Source: Camelus ferus (taxonomy: Eukaryota). From it: a stretch of 64,000 nucleotides of DNA. Shown here piece by piece: positions 22,968 to 37,235 of the stretch. The notes beneath the pieces were generated by a model. It was not told the origin of the DNA, searched no databases, and was given only the letters and a program-made list of their open reading frames with translations. Made by a program: the position numbers and the translations under genes. The DNA is taken from positions 86,926,001 through 86,990,000 of the forward strand of contig NC_045697.1 in assembly GCF_009834535.1 (NCBI RefSeq), in the 5' to 3' direction. Positions within the stretch are counted from its first letter, which is position 1, and each line of letters opens with the position of its first letter.

Positions 22968-25900
22968 TCCAGTTTCCAAATCCCTGCTGTCTGGAAAACA
23001 TCTTCACTTGGCTGTCACTCTGTTAGCTTGAACCTAACCAACTTCACTTCCAATCAAATAAGCAGTTCATTGTTCTTGTTCAAGAACCTGGAGCTGGAGC
23101 TGGATCATAAACTGGGTATCCTCATTTGATCAGTTTTCCCCCCAGATTATTCCATCAGTTGTCATATTTCCAAGTTGAAAAACCTAAACACAACTTCCCC
23201 CCCTTCTTATTTTTATTTTTTACCAAAAGCCAGACTTCATGAAACCCTGGCATTTACTCCTTTGCTCTCCACCCTCACTGCCACCATCAAAGTCCACATT
23301 TGTATTATCTTACACATGACAGCTGCAATAACCTTTCAGTTAGATTTTCTTTAAACATTGCTTTCAGTTCAATGCCTTTCTTTCCAAGAACCTGCAGGGT
23401 ATTTGGTTGTTAGTACATTAAATCTAGCCTATTGCATTAAACCTGTTTGTTTTTCCAAGGCCCTTATTTATCCGACCTTACTCCACTTATGCAACTCTTC
23501 TTTCACTATTGTATATCTTCCACCCTTTAGAATCAAGAGAGTGAGGAGGGAAGGTCCTTAATGAAAGAATTTAAGTTCATCTACATTGTAAGTATCTTGG
23601 AACACCGAGGGGAATGGAGGAGGTCATGTCGCGGCAGAGCAAAAATCCTGAAGATTAAAGTGGAAAGGATTGTATTGTTACTGTTTTTGTTTTTGAGAAT
23701 TAGGTAGAAGGCTAAGGGGGTAATCAGATATTTCAGGGGGTTGGACATTAGATCCCTTTTGATGAAATTCCTTAATTTTTAAAAATCTTGAACTGTCTTG
23801 TTAATTGCACTACTCCTGTCTTGGTTTGGTTTACATCCACGTAGTCTGTTTTTATTGTTGCCGGTGGTGCTAGCGTGTGATCTAATGCTGTGCTTGGTGC
23901 ACACTGAGTGCCTCATAAGTATTTGTTTGATGAAGAATATGAACAAGACTTAGTTATGTCATACTTTTTGTAAACTAAAATTGACAACATCAATGAAGTC
24001 TAATAAAAAGGTGTGTTCTCATATAGTAAATGGAGAGAGATGCGGAAGGCAGTTTCATGAATTACCTTCAGCATTAAAAGCAGACATCAGTTGAGCACTC
24101 AGTGTCTGTGCCCTGGATGCCGATGGGAGCTGGGGGAGTGAGCTTAGTGAGTTACACTGCGTGATGGGAGCCCTGGTTCTTCTGTAGACAGAGCGTATAC
24201 CACGTGTTAGGAACATGGGAAGAGAAAGCCATTCTGATTTTTCTTTTTTAGATCTGTAAGCCTCTTGGATCACATACAATTTTAAAAATAGGACATTGAA
24301 AGAATAGCTTCTTGTTCATATGAGGAAAAAAACACTTTAAAGTGATAAACACAGAAAGCCATTAACCTAAGGAAGTTTACCAAGCATATTCAGTTAGCCC
24401 TTGACATTACTTCAGTATTGCTCACTTTCATTCCAGAGGCATCGCAGTTTTGTGAAACCAGTGATAGTGTTTCACCTCAGTTATCAAGATACTGTGTAAG
24501 GAAATGGAGAATGTTTTTGAAGGATCTCCCCTGCTCCACCAACTTTTAACCACAGCTTCAAATACCCTATTTTAAAGAACTCGAGAGTAGTCCACTTAAC
24601 TTTATTAACTTGGACTTCAGGGCGGCTGCATTCTTGGGGGTGGAGCCGTGCTCTTTTCCTGTGACCCTGTTTTATTCCTTTAACTTCTTAGCACAGCCAA
24701 AGAAGGGGCCCTGCTGCTTTGTGGAGACTTTCAGGCCAAGGCGCCGTTTCCAGCTTCCTACTCAGGCCACCAAGCGGTGTCATGTGAGGGGTGCAGGGGG
24801 GCGTTTTCCTTGGGAGGGCCCCGCAGAAGTGTTGGAAATAGGCCTTGAGCTCTTGGCTGCCGGCAGGGGTTTCCACAGAGCAGGCCGCGGTAATGCTCGT
24901 CATTGATCGAGAGACGTGCCGCCGGGCTATTTTCATGAGGGTCACATAAAACTCTCTTGTCTTCAGCCTGCTTTAAGAGGTGTTTTCCTAATGATTTTAC
25001 CAGTCAAATAGAATGACTGTGTCGGAGAGTGGAGTTAAATAACTGGAAGTCTCTGGGCAGCTTCCCTTCTCCACCCTGTGCCCCTACTTGCCTTTCCCCT
25101 GAAGCTCCTCCCTCCCCAGGCACACACTTACTGCTCTGTTTTCTGTGCTGGAGCTGCCTGAGTTGTGTGATTTTTGTAGATGAATGTGAACTCTCCAATC
25201 CAGAAAGAAGTGCCAGGAACACAAACAGCTAATTTGCATGCGCCCCTAGGGGAGGTGCATGACCAGCCAAGCTGGTTGCATTATCTCCAGGGGCACTTAG
25301 CTTTGAGAGAGAGCTCAGGCTCTCTGAAATCGTCCAAGAAGCCACTCTAAAAGGTTGAAGGAATCGCCAAGAAAAGGCTATAGTCAGGAGATGCTTTATC
25401 TCTTGGGTTCATTGGCTTGATTTTAAAAATACTTTCTTGAGGCAGTTTATATTTTTGCTGTCAATTTTTCTCTGAGTTGCTTGTGATTTTAGGGTGCTCT
25501 GGCCAGGTTAATAGCCCTTTGAAACAGGGATCTCAACTTGGTGACCCACAAGCCAAACTCCAAACTGCATGTGTGAGCACTCAGCTGGGGCTGAGTCATG
25601 GCTGCCCCACCAGCTGGGGGTCTGTCCCCTGTGGCTTATCGCGGTCCTCACTATGCCTGCTCCTCCTGGTCTTACTGCTAAGCTGCTCTCTCCTGTAGGT
25701 TACTCACATCGTCCCTGTAGGCCTTCGAGTTTGCCGCCCCGCTTTGAGTACAAGTATTTTTAGAGTTCCTTAAATGCTGAACTCCGTTTACTCTGAGACA
25801 AACCCAAAGGGCTGATAAGGATTTTTCAAGAATTGATTTGTGTCGTAGAACTAAAATTTAGAAACGTCACGGGTTGTTTTTCAGTGGAAATGTTTCTCAG

Positions 25901-26877
25901 CTTGGAGCAGGAGCCAAGCATGACTGAAGGTCTGCCTTTCAACAGTTTGGCCTGAATTAGGCTACTGACTTCCTTCGAGGCCCGTCTGCCGTCGGTCTCA
26001 TCAGTCAGCAGCGGCCTCTCTGAAACCTGGTGCTTGCACCTGCAGCTTCGGAGGCCTCTGCTGGGAGACGGTCTCTCCTAAGTAGCACAGACGTCTGCCC
26101 CAGGAGCAGACGAGCTTCCCGTTCACTCAGTAAACGTTACAGGAAATATAAAGGAATGTGAAGGGACCACATGTTCCAGGGTCACCAGAGCAATTCTTAG
26201 CATTCTTTTACTAATGAAAAATCTTTTTAATTTGGCAACAAACAGATAGCAAAATTGATATTTGAGCTTCATTCTTCTTTCCTCTGCCCACTGTCTGCAC
26301 CTCTAGTGAAAGTATTCAGAGGCCATGAGTAGAGAATGGAAGAAATTGAGAACCCATGGGGGCAGAGTAGCCCACAGACCATGTAATGAGCCTCTGAATA
26401 ATTGAGAACCTGGTAAGTAGGGTAAGCCATCAAAAACAAGAATTTTCAAATAATGATTCCTCTTAGAATCATTTCATATTTTCCCCATGATTATTAGAGT
26501 TAAATCATTAAAATATAATATTAACTGAAACTTTGCGTCAGATTTTTATACTGTATTGTGTTGTGTTTTATTCCATGTGCTTTGGTAAGACCAAGCTCAC
26601 AGTGAGTCAACCACAAGTTGTAGAATTAAAGAAACCTACATACATTAGAGACTTAATTATTTGGTCTCTGGGCTCTTCCAACTGTGGGTTTTCAGTTTCA
26701 TCCACTTTTGTTCTACCGTGGAAACTGAAGTTACAGTAACAGTAAAATCTAGAGGGTTCTTTACATTGCTTGGCATTTTTTTCTCTCAAATAATTCTTTG
26801 TACCTTAAAGTACATGTTTCAAATGTTAATTCTTAAACTAGGTGAGATTTTGAACTAGTTGGCTGACATTTTAAAAT

Positions 26878-27150
26878 TTTTTCTAAATTTTGAGGGTAAT
26901 TATAGATACACATGCAATCATAGGAAATAATACAGAGATTCCATGTCCCCTCTGCCCGGTTTTCCCCAATTGTAACATCTTGCAGCTCCAAAGTATAATA
27001 TCACACCAGGGTATTGACGTCGACACAGCCAAGACACCGAACACCTTCATCATCGCAAGGATTCCTCAGGTTGCCCTTTTTATGCCCACGCTCACCACCC
27101 CCCAACCCTACCTCTGGCAACTGCCAATGTATTCTCCATTTCCATAGTTT
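26878..27150 (-). mobile_element. Old L1M 3' end fragment
   Basis: TTTTGAGGGTAATTATAGA..AGGAAATAATACAGAGATTCCATGT..GTTTTCCCCAAT.GTAACATCTTGCA. Confidence 0.7.
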
Positions 27151-27587
27151 TGTGGCCAAGTTATTTTTAGAAACATTTCTCCAACAGTTGACCTCTGGAA
27201 AAAAAAGGCCCCTTTAACATTTGTGTAGAGCTGTTGACTTGTGTTGTGGAAGCTGGTATTTATCCATGCATGCTCTCAGTGTTGCTCCGGTTGCTGTGCC
27301 AGGAGACAGCGGGGGGTCTTAAAGTCTAGATTACTGAGCTGTCAATGCTGCAGCTATGCTTGCCAGAAAATGCCCTGCCAAGGCCTGACGGAATTTTCCT
27401 GCCTGAATTACACTACCTCTGCAAGGCAGGCCTAGAAATGCCCTGGGTGGCAAGCTTTTCTGGCCTCTCCCTGCCACTAGAATAGTCAGAAACTGTCGGG
27501 GCCCCTGGCAGCTGTAGAGAAGGTGCGGGAACATGTTTTCTTCACCTGTTGTGACTATTTACTGATGCGTGTTACAACTTTGAACTC

Positions 27588-28226
27588 TTTTTTTTTTTTG
27601 TATATATATATATATATATTTTTTATTGAAGTATAGTCAGTTTACAATGTTATGTCAATTTCTGGTGTACAACATAATGCTTCAGTCATACATGAACATA
27701 CATATATTCATTTTCATATTCTTTTTCACCATAAGTTACTACAAGATATTGAAGATAGTTCTCTGTGCTATAGGGCATGAACTTGTTTCTCTCTTCTATA
27801 TATATCAGTATCTGCAAATCTCTAACTCCCAATTTATTCCCCACCCGACCCTGGTAACCACAAGTTTGTTCTCTATGCCTAAGAGTCTGTTTCTCTTTTG
27901 CAAATAAGTTCGTTTGGCTTTTTTTTTTTTCAGATTCCACATATAAGTGATATCATATGGTATTTTTTATCCAGTTATCTGTTGATGGTTGTTTCCATGT
28001 CTTGGCTATTGTATATAGAGCTGCTATGAACATTAGGGTGCATGTATCTTTTTGAATTAAGTTTCCCTCTGGATATATGCCTAGGGTGGGATTGCTGGAT
28101 CATATGGTAAGTTTATTTTTAGTTTTTTGAGGAATCTCCATACTGTTTTCCATAACGACTGCACCAAACTACATTCCCACCAACACTGTAGAAGGGTTCC
28201 CTTTTCTCCACATCCTCTCCAGCATT
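27588..28226 (-). mobile_element. Young LINE-1 3' fragment with (TA)n/poly(T) tail
   Basis: ATTGAAGTATAGTCAGTTTACAATG...GGGATTGCTGGATCATATGGTAAG...TTCTCCACATCCTCTCCAGCATTT; ORF 28081-28407 contains L1 ORF2 C-terminal remnant [19 protein letters not shown]. Confidence 0.92.
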
Positions 28227-28777
28227 TCTCTCTTTCCATCTTTGAAATTATCTTCAAAGATGCTGCACAGCTCTGTTTTAACCTTGTGTCGCACTTGGAG
28301 CTTCTGGAATGCAAGGTGCCACATAGTCTTTTCTTCTTTTTTGCTATCAATCTGACTTCATTATGTGATGCCATGGTAGAGTAAAAGCCATCGCCATTCT
28401 TATACAAGCTTCTGTGTTATTAGAGGAATCTGGAATCACCTAATGTCTACAGCTGTTCAGGCATGTGTTACACTTACCCTTATCTGTGGCTCAGCAGCTC
28501 AAACACTTGCACTTTAGGACATGAAGTATGAGATCCAGTAGAGGAGCTATTGGAGGAAATTGATTTTTGCAGGTTTTTATGGATTGGAAGTGCTTGTAAC
28601 AGTTCTGTCTTTGGCATAAATCAGCTGTACATTTTCAGTTTTTTTATTGCAAAAATTAAATAATCCGGCTTAGATGTAAATGACAACAAATTTAGTATTT
28701 CAGACATATTTTATTACACTTACTTTTATTTAAACTGTTTTAAATATTTTGTCATCATTGATAGTCCTAAGTCCCAT

Positions 28778-29376
28778 CGTTGCCGAAAGATCGGCCCCTG
28801 TCCCTGATGATGCGAATTGAAACTCAGAGACAGGGTCTTGGAGCTTAGAAGAAAGGAGACAGCTTTATTGCTTTGCCAGCCAAAGGGGACTCACAGCAGG
28901 CTAGTGCCTTCAAAACTGTGAGCACATCTTGGGGCTGGGGCAGGGTGATTATATAGTCATCGCTTAAACAATAAAGTATCGATAACGCTCAACAGAATCA
29001 TTTTCTTCTCATAAGACTCAGAGTGGCGTCATGGTGTCTCCAGGTGACCAATTCTGTGGAGGCTAGTGGTTGTCGCTCTTTCAATCTCTTTAGCTTCTAA
29101 GAGCCCAAGGCATGGCCTTTTTGGTAATTCAGGCTATTTTGTAAGGTTACAGTCCGGTGACCTTCTCCCTGGAGATTGACTCAGAGACCAAGCATGATTA
29201 TTACTTTCGATTACTGGAATAAAGTAGAAACAGTAAAATTAATAGCTCTACTTTTAACAGTGGGCCTGGAGCTGTGAGTAGCAACTGGTTATCAGGTTAG
29301 TTGACCATTTTAAGGGCAAGCATAACAGTAAGCAGTCTGTTAGCCTGAGTGCGGCCATTTTATTAATTCTCCTTCA
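28778..29376 (-). mobile_element. ERV1-like solo LTR (~600 bp)
   Basis: Minus strand starts TGAAGGAGAATTAATAAAATGGCCGC, ends TTCGGCAACG; TATA-like TATATAA near 28950 and AATAAA (28865-28870) in LTR order; near-TSD CCAT/CCCT. Confidence 0.75.
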
Positions 29377-31544
29377 CCCTAATAAAAACAATTGCCACTT
29401 TGTGAATATAAGAATTGGTACACAGAAAGATTTAATGGACTCATAAATCCACGTCCTGATTGAGTAGTAATGAAGGAATTCATGGATTTCTCAGTCCTTC
29501 CCTTCCTTCTTTCCTCTTTTTCTTTTTTTCATATTATGTCCAATTTTAACCTTCTTTGCAAACTGAGGAGTTGCTAAGAATTTTAATGAGCTATCTGTGT
29601 GTCTAATGTTCTTATCTATAAACTTTAACCAGCCAGTTGAGTTGTGAAGAGAATGGAATATGTGGTTTGGGGGTTCTGGGATGATATGCAAAAGGACATA
29701 CTGAAAAAGGAAAGTTTAATGAGAGGGCTGTGCAAAGCTTGTTAGCCAAATTTGTGTTTTGTTCACCCAAGGAAGGAAGGAATAGATAAATAAATTTAGG
29801 TTTATTTATCTGCTCTTTGTTATGGATCTGCTTATTACCTCCAGTATTCCATATGGAGATTTAAAGTTTTTCATTTTCAGCAAATGCGTTTCTTTTGTTA
29901 CGTAGCATTATGCAGGTCTTCAACATAATTTTAAATTAAATGATTCCTGATAGAAGAAAAGAAACCAGTGGGTTATGTCTTGGAAGGTAGGTATCAGTTA
30001 CTCATGAATTTTGGTTCCAAGGAGACTACTAAACCTGACTCAGTTACTTTTTGACTCAAAAACATGACTTTATTTGAAAGCTAACACACTCTAGCACTAA
30101 GTTTTAAATTAAAATGTTTTTTGTGAATGAATAAGTAAGAAGTTAAAATGTGTGCTGTGCTCTGAGATGAGGATGTCTGGAGTATGAGTACTTGTTGTTT
30201 GTGGACCCATAGAGTGAACCTTGAAATAGTGTTTGATAGCTGCTTTCCAATTATTTGCATGTTCTAAGTTAAAAGTTTCCCTGTGCTTCGGCTTTAGATT
30301 ACTTAAATGAGAAATAACATTAATGGTGGCCCAACTAAAGAAATACCATGCAGTTGCCACTAGAACATGAGCTCTGTGAGGGCAGAGACTTTGTTCTTTC
30401 TTACCATTGTATTTCTAGCTCCTAGAATAGTTCCTCACACATAAAAGGCAACGGATACCATTTTGTGGAGTGTAAACACAAGATAATAGATTGACAAGTT
30501 GTATAAGGTCTGTGTCTTCTTTGCAGTAAGTACCGTTTACATTCCCTTAAGAATAGTGAAACCATAACTTTATTTGCTAGAGGTAAAGAATCAGCCTCAC
30601 TATGGTAAGATGTTATATACAGCATAAATGACATATGTTTTGAAAGATGCCTGAGCCACATTTTGTAGGTCATACTTGCCCTTTCCTAGATATCCTCATG
30701 TCCTTGGTTAAGTACAAGGTTTCCTAACAATGCATATAATTCCTTAAATCTCAAAACAAAGCATTAGAAAAGAAGGCAGAGTAGGAGGCCAACATCTTTG
30801 ATTATTGTATGCTAAAACGTTTACATTGGGAGAGAGATCTAATATCTAATTTTCATGACAGCCTTGTGCAATAGCAATTATTTTCCATTGTGCAGGTGGA
30901 GCGGTAAACTCAGCCAGTAAGTGGTGAAACCTGATTTTTTGAGTCCAATTCCGTCTGACCCCAGAATCTATGCGTTTGACATCATGTTATTTTTTCTGAG
31001 CACTACAATCTAATTTCTGTGGTTTATTTCAGTCAAACCTCTTTAGGAAGTTGTTTGCATTCACTGTTCCCAAATTCTTACTCTGGTTAAATCCAAGGTT
31101 ACTTTTCAGTCTTATATTACCTGACCTCCTTTGTACCATTTAACATTAGAAGGTCCCACTTGAGATTCTGTCTTCATTTGGTTTTTACTCTTCCTTGGTT
31201 TTCTACTTCTGACCATTGTCTTGTGGGTTTATTATATTTATAGATTATTTGAGGCGAGAAGTTACATCTTAACTATATTCAGTCTTCCCGTTTGTAAGCA
31301 TATATAGCTCCCCCATGAAGTCTTTTCCAAATGACTTTCAATCAGATTTTATAGTTTTCTCCATATAAGTCCTATGTACATTTAGTTATTATCTCAAATG
31401 TTATCTTTTTGAAAGTAATTGTATATTCTAACAGCTTGTTGTGGATTACAGAAACTCAATTAGTTTTTATATAATCTTGTATGAAGCAACCTTACTGAAG
31501 TATTTCCAATAGTTCATTTGCATTTTATTTTGACTTTAAAAAAC

Positions 31545-31805
31545 CTTTTCATTTAAGAATAATTGTAGATTTATAGAAGAGTTGCAAAGATTTTACAGAG
31601 GCCCCTTATATCCTTTACCCAGCTTTCCCTAAGGTTAACATCTTACATAACTGTGGCACTTTGGTCAAAACTTAAAAAAAAACTGATACTGGTACATTAC
31701 TGTTAACTAAACTACAGACTTCATTTGGATTTCACCGCTTTTTCCACTAACACCGTTTTTCTATTCCAGGATCCAGTCCAGAATATTACGTTGCATTTAG
31801 TCTCT
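31545..31805 (-). mobile_element. Old L1M 3' end fragment nested in older L1 sequence
   Basis: AATTGTAGATTTATAGAAGAGTTGCAAAGA..GTTAACATCTTACATAAC..TTAACTAAACTACAGACTT..CCAGGATCCA. Confidence 0.75.
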
Positions 31806-31959
31806 TGATTTTTAATGCAGAAAATTGTATCATCTGCAAATAGTAGCAGTTCTGTTCCTTAGTTTCCAAATCTCTGTGTGTGTGTGTGTAGTGTGTCTGT
31901 AGCACACCGCTGCTTGCGCTGGCTTGGCCTGACCACTCTTTTCCAGGCTCTACTTGCTC

Positions 31960-33030
31960 TACACCCTCTACTCCTCCCATAAGTATTGGTGCTTCCCAGG
32001 GTTCTGTCCCTTGCTGTTTAATTTACGTCTGCTACACACTGTTCTGGAGCATCTCAACCATTTTAATATCTTCCTCTGTGGGCTGAGGGCAATCTATTTG
32101 CCCAAGGTAGCCACTGTTTGCTGCAATTACTAAATCTTTATTTCTAGCATAGGTTTTTTTTGAGCTCCAGATTTGTATAGCTGACTGTCTTCTGGATATC
32201 TCTGTCTGGATTTTCCGCACGTTCAATATGTCTTAAGGGCACATATCTGATTGCCTTGTCTTGCCAACCTCACCCTCCTCCTGTACTTCTCATCTCAGCA
32301 GTCACCCAGTTATCCAAGACAGAGAAACCTGTGGCTCAGAAGGAAACCTTCCTTCCTTCCTTTCTTCCCTCCGTCCTTCTTACCTCCATTTCCTTCATTC
32401 CCTTCATATTTACTTTCGTTAATTCTGTTTCCTTCATTTGTCACACATTTATCACTTCTCTCCATCCCAACTATTTCATTCAAAGCTCTCATTCTTTCAT
32501 CTTAATACTATCAAACTCCTTACCATGGTATTCAGAGCCCCTAGCCTCTCCTCATCTTGTCCTGTGATGCCCTCTTGCACAGCACACTCAACACCCTCAC
32601 TCTGTGCTGGCCACACCCAAGTACCTGACCTGCCTTGGCTGTGCCATGCTTTCTCTCCCTTTCTCCTTTGCAGGTTATGTAAGTGTGCTTTTTGTTGTTG
32701 TTCCTACTCTCTCTCTTCGTTATTAATTCCTGCTAATTCCTTTGGTATCCATTCAGTTGTCACTGCTTCCAGGAAACCTTTCAGCTCCCAGGCTGGGTTA
32801 GGTGTACCTTCTGAGTGCTCTCAGGTAGCTTGTGTGCATTTCTCTCATGGCATTTTCAGTATTGAGCTCATTTAGTTGTTCATCTGGGTACCACCCTCTT
32901 CTTGGCGATGCTGTGCGTTCTTCAAAGTCGAAGACTGATGTTATATTTCCCTTTGTGCTTCCTATTGCTTAGAACAGAACCTGGCACATAGCTGTTACTA
33001 ACAAATGTTTATTGAATGAATGAATAAATG
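31960..33030. mobile_element. LINE-2 fragment with 3' end
   Basis: TCCCAGGGTTCTGTCC..TGAGCTCCAGA..; terminal AGAACCTGGCACATAG..AAATGTTTATTGAATGAATGAAT. Confidence 0.75.
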
Positions 33031-33239
33031 TATTCACCGTTCTTGGAAACACCAACTTGTCTGTTTCCAAAAACCATATTCTTTCACCAGGGACAAACTT
33101 CTCTAAATGTCAGCTTCCGTATTTATAAACTAGGACAGGGCCCTGGATGATCCCTGAAGTCCTTCAGAGTTCTAACAGACTGGTATTTACGATTTTAAGG
33201 TTTGTCATCCTTGATCCTATTCAAGAGAAAATGATGCAT

Positions 33240-33400
33240 ATTGGAGCTCTTAAATCTTAGCAAGCATCACCAATATTAAATGTCAAAAGTCCATCTGTAT
33301 TTATATATATATAAAAGAAAGTGATGCGGATTCTGGAGGGAATTCCAAAAAAGGAGTTGCAAAATATTTTGAGCAATGGTGGTCACACTGAAATAATAAT
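33240..33400. mobile_element. Possible MARNA/mariner-like remnant
   Basis: AATTCCAAAAAAGGAGTTGCAAAATATTTTGAGCAATGG resembles recalled MARNA sequence. Confidence 0.4.
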
Positions 33401-35599
33401 TTGGCTTTTTGGTTATACTGCGTAACTAAATGTGTCAAATGGTAATATTCTGAGCCCTTGAACATTTGAGTGGTTTACTTACTGTGATCAGAGTTTCTGT
33501 TCATTTGTTTACATATCTAAATCATTTTAGAAAGATTGTAAATTCTCATTTGCTAAAGATTTTCAAGTAACAGACAGCTGTTTCTCGGGGATGCTGTAGG
33601 TGGGATTAAGACGTGATTGTATAATGATGGGGCCAGTTGACCAGTAAGATCTTGCCTAATGATGAGATTCTTCAATTTTATAGTTTATAGCTTTTGTTTT
33701 TATGCTACAACAGAGGAAAAAGAATTGAGTCTTAAGCTTGGATAACACAGTTTATTTTTCCAAGTTTACTTCTTACTTGGATTTAATATAAACATTAGTA
33801 AGCCATCAGAAGTCTATGTTAATCAAAATTGTTGACTTCTGTGCCTCCCAGAACTGAATGTAGTGGGTGGTCTCCAGCTTACTGAAATGACCTGGGCTGC
33901 ATCAGTGTCCAAGATCCAATTTAGAAAGGTCTTTCAGTGTAGATTTAAAAAAAAAAAATTTAAAAACCTTCAAAATGTAAAATGTAACATAGATACAGAA
34001 AACCACATGAAACAAATTTATACTTTAATGGATTGTTACTAGGTGAATATTCTTGTAATTGTCACTCAGATCAGAAGACAGAACATTGCCAGCCACCCTG
34101 GAACCCTCTCTGTGTCCCCTGTTCCAATCACAGTCCCTTGCCTCCCCAATAAAAGTACAGATTTTTATTTATACCACCTCTTTGCATTTGTTTATAGTTT
34201 CATCACACTGACAGACATCCTTAAATATTCTGCCTTAGTTTTGCTTTTTGAAAAATATGTGAGTTTTAAGCTTTTTTTTTAGCCTCTGGTCCTCCTTCGG
34301 TCCTGTTTTCTCCTTAATAACTGATTGCTGAGGAAATTGGATTATTTGACCATTGGAATTTCTCAGTCTGGATTTTGCTGGTTCCTTTACCTGTCTTGGA
34401 CATGACTGTTTAGAACAAGTGTGGCTGTTTCATGTCTCAGTCCTGGAATGACATTCTACCTGGAATATCATTCCTTCTAGTCTCCCCACCCTTTACCTTA
34501 TTCATGAGATTATCTCCTATTTATCCTTCAAAACTCAGCTCGAACCTCATCCCTCCTAGAAAGGTTCTCGGATTTTCCACCCAATAAAAGAGATCATTTT
34601 CTGTTGTCTCATAGCACCCGTATAATACTTCAGTGTGACACCGAGGACATTGCTGCAGTGGTTCCTTTACCTGTTTTCTTCTCTTGCATGAGATGCTTTC
34701 AGTCCACCAAACACTCACAGGATCCTTCTACGGGCCTGGCTTTGTGCTAGTGCATGGGTTATAGGGATGGATAAGGTGCAGTTCCCGCCCTCAGGAGGCT
34801 CACAATAAAGGAGGGACAGACAGGTATGGTACAGAATTGTCCTGAGTAGAGAAAGCAGATTAACATGAAAATATAGAGGAGAGGATTCTTGGCCTAGACC
34901 GAGGAGAAAGGGAACAAGGAAATGACCACAGAAGGTAGATTGTAGTTCTGGAGTCTAGCTCAGTGTGTGTGCAAGGGAGTAGGTACTTACTTATACTACA
35001 AAAATTAATTTTCTATTTCATAGTCATTAAGCACTTTTTAGGTGGCAAGCTTCCTTTTAGGTGGCAAGAATAATATGGTTCAGAAGAGTCGATGATAAAG
35101 TCATCCTCCATTTTTCAGAATGAATTTTTGCTAGCTTGTCTGGTTATTATGTTGTTTCGTTTCCTGAAAAGTATGGAAAATTTTACATTGTGTTCTTTAC
35201 ATGGAAATGTAGTATAATCCCTTTCCTTCCCGGCCTTGAAGTACCTGATATTTAAAGCTGCTCCTTTCAAGAAGACCCTCTTCCCTCTCCCCCATTCCCA
35301 CTGCCCCCTCTGCCAGCAAATGGACTATGTCTTTGGCTTATGCCTTTACTATATTTTAAGATCCAGTGGCTTTGCTTATTAAGAGTCTTCTAAATCTCAA
35401 GTATGATTGTTGTATCTTTCCTCCCCATGAAGCCAGTCTGACATGAAACAGTGACAACTAAAAGGCTGAAGGTAACCAAATTTAATTCCACTGGCCTGGA
35501 CTGTCCAATGTCCTTGAATATTGGCTAAGGTTTCACATTGTGTAGAATCCACAAATATCTCAGGGACTCACTCTGGGACATTAACACAGGTTTTATACC

Positions 35600-35952
35600 T
35601 GTTATGGACTGAATGTTTGTGCCTCACCCACCCCAAATTAATATGCAGAAATCCTAACCCTCAATGTAATGGTCTTAGGCGATGGGGCTGTGGGGAGGTG
35701 ATTAGGTCATGAAGGTAGAGCCCTCATGAATGGGATCAGTTCCCCACAGAGCTCCCTAACCCCTTTTGGCATGTGAGGACACTGAGGGGAGACAGCTGTT
35801 TGTGAACCAGAAAAAGAGCTCTCACCAGACATTGAATCTAACACCACCTTGATCTTGGAGTCTTTAGACTCTAAGAACTGTGAGAAATGTTTGTCATGTA
35901 AGTCTCCCAGTCTGTGGTATTTTTGTTATAGCAACCTGAATTGTCTAAGACA
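35600..35952 (+). mobile_element. MLT1A-like MaLR solo LTR
   Basis: TGTTATGGACTGAATGTTTGTG...GGTCATGAAGGTAGAGCCCTCATGAATGGGAT...TTTGTTATAGCA..CTAAGACA. Confidence 0.9.
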
Positions 35953-37235
35953 CTGTGCTTCAATAAACTGCTACCCAGATTTAACAGTAATTGCTCAATG
36001 AACTGCCTTGGTTACTTTTTTGTTCTTTCAAAACCCAAAAAACTTTTTATTAAGGGAAGTTTCAAATACATACAAAATATAGAAGGACCAGTTTAATGAA
36101 CCCCATGTACCCATCACCCAGCTTCAGTAGTCATCACATGACCAATCTTGTTTCATCTATACCTGCCTTAGCTCTTTCCCCCTCCCTACTACTGGATTGC
36201 TTTGAAGTATATCCTAGGCATCATGCCATTTCATCAAATAATTAAAAAAAAGATTATATAAATTATTACATGGATGATATGTATGTATTAGTACCTATTA
36301 GATATATAAATGATTGATACGTATCTATAAAAGATCCTTTAAAAAATAATTATAATTCCATGCCTAAAAATGTAAAAAATTCCCTTAGACACATGAGACA
36401 TCCAGTTACTGTTAAAAATTTTCCCTATGGCCTTACAATAATTTTTAAAGTTGGCTTGCTTGCATCAGGATTCAAGTTCACACACTGCTTTTGATTGATA
36501 TGCTTCTTACATCTCTTTTAATTGAGAAATTTACTTTCCCTCTTGAAACTCATGAATGCGATTATATTCATAGTCATGTTTAATATGGCATACACTTGGT
36601 ATTTTATTCTAGATTGCCTAAAAATTCTGCAATGCTAACATTGTCATGTTCTTATGATAGAAGCAACATGTTCAACCAAGAAAAAAATTTAAGTATCAAA
36701 AAACATGAAAGTAGAACTATTTTTGTTGAATCACTCTGAAAATACCTGTTAACTTTTGAGGATTATTTTCTACTAATCTGTATATAGTCAAGTGTATAAT
36801 TGTTATGTAGTAACTATTCCCTCTGCTATTAACCTTAGGCTTAATTTGCTCTTCCCTTTTTAGTACTTAAGGTAGAAGCTTAGATTTTCATAATTTTTTT
36901 TTTTTTTGCTTTTCTAATATAAACACTTAAAGCTATATTTTTTCTTTTAAGCATGTGGAATTTTCATTATATGATTAAAAGTATTTTCTAATCTCCCTTG
37001 TGATTCCTTTTATCTGTGTTTTTTTTAGAAATGTATTACTTAATCTCCTAATATTTGGGGGATTTTCTAGATATCTTATTGTTACTAATTTCTAATATAG
37101 TACTCTATATTAAGACTTGTTTTAATACATGTATTGAGACTTGTTTTTTGGCCTGCTTATGATTTATTCTTGGGAGTATTCTCTGAAAAGAATGTCTATT
37201 CTTTAGATGTTGTTGGATGTAGTGTCAGTTTAGGC

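Noticed and set aside
35036..35069. Short direct repeat TTTTAGGTGGCAAG x2 (also AACCTGATCCT x2 at 3060-3081)
   Set aside because: Two-copy micro-duplications typical of slippage; no array or CRISPR-like repeat-spacer structure anywhere in the window.
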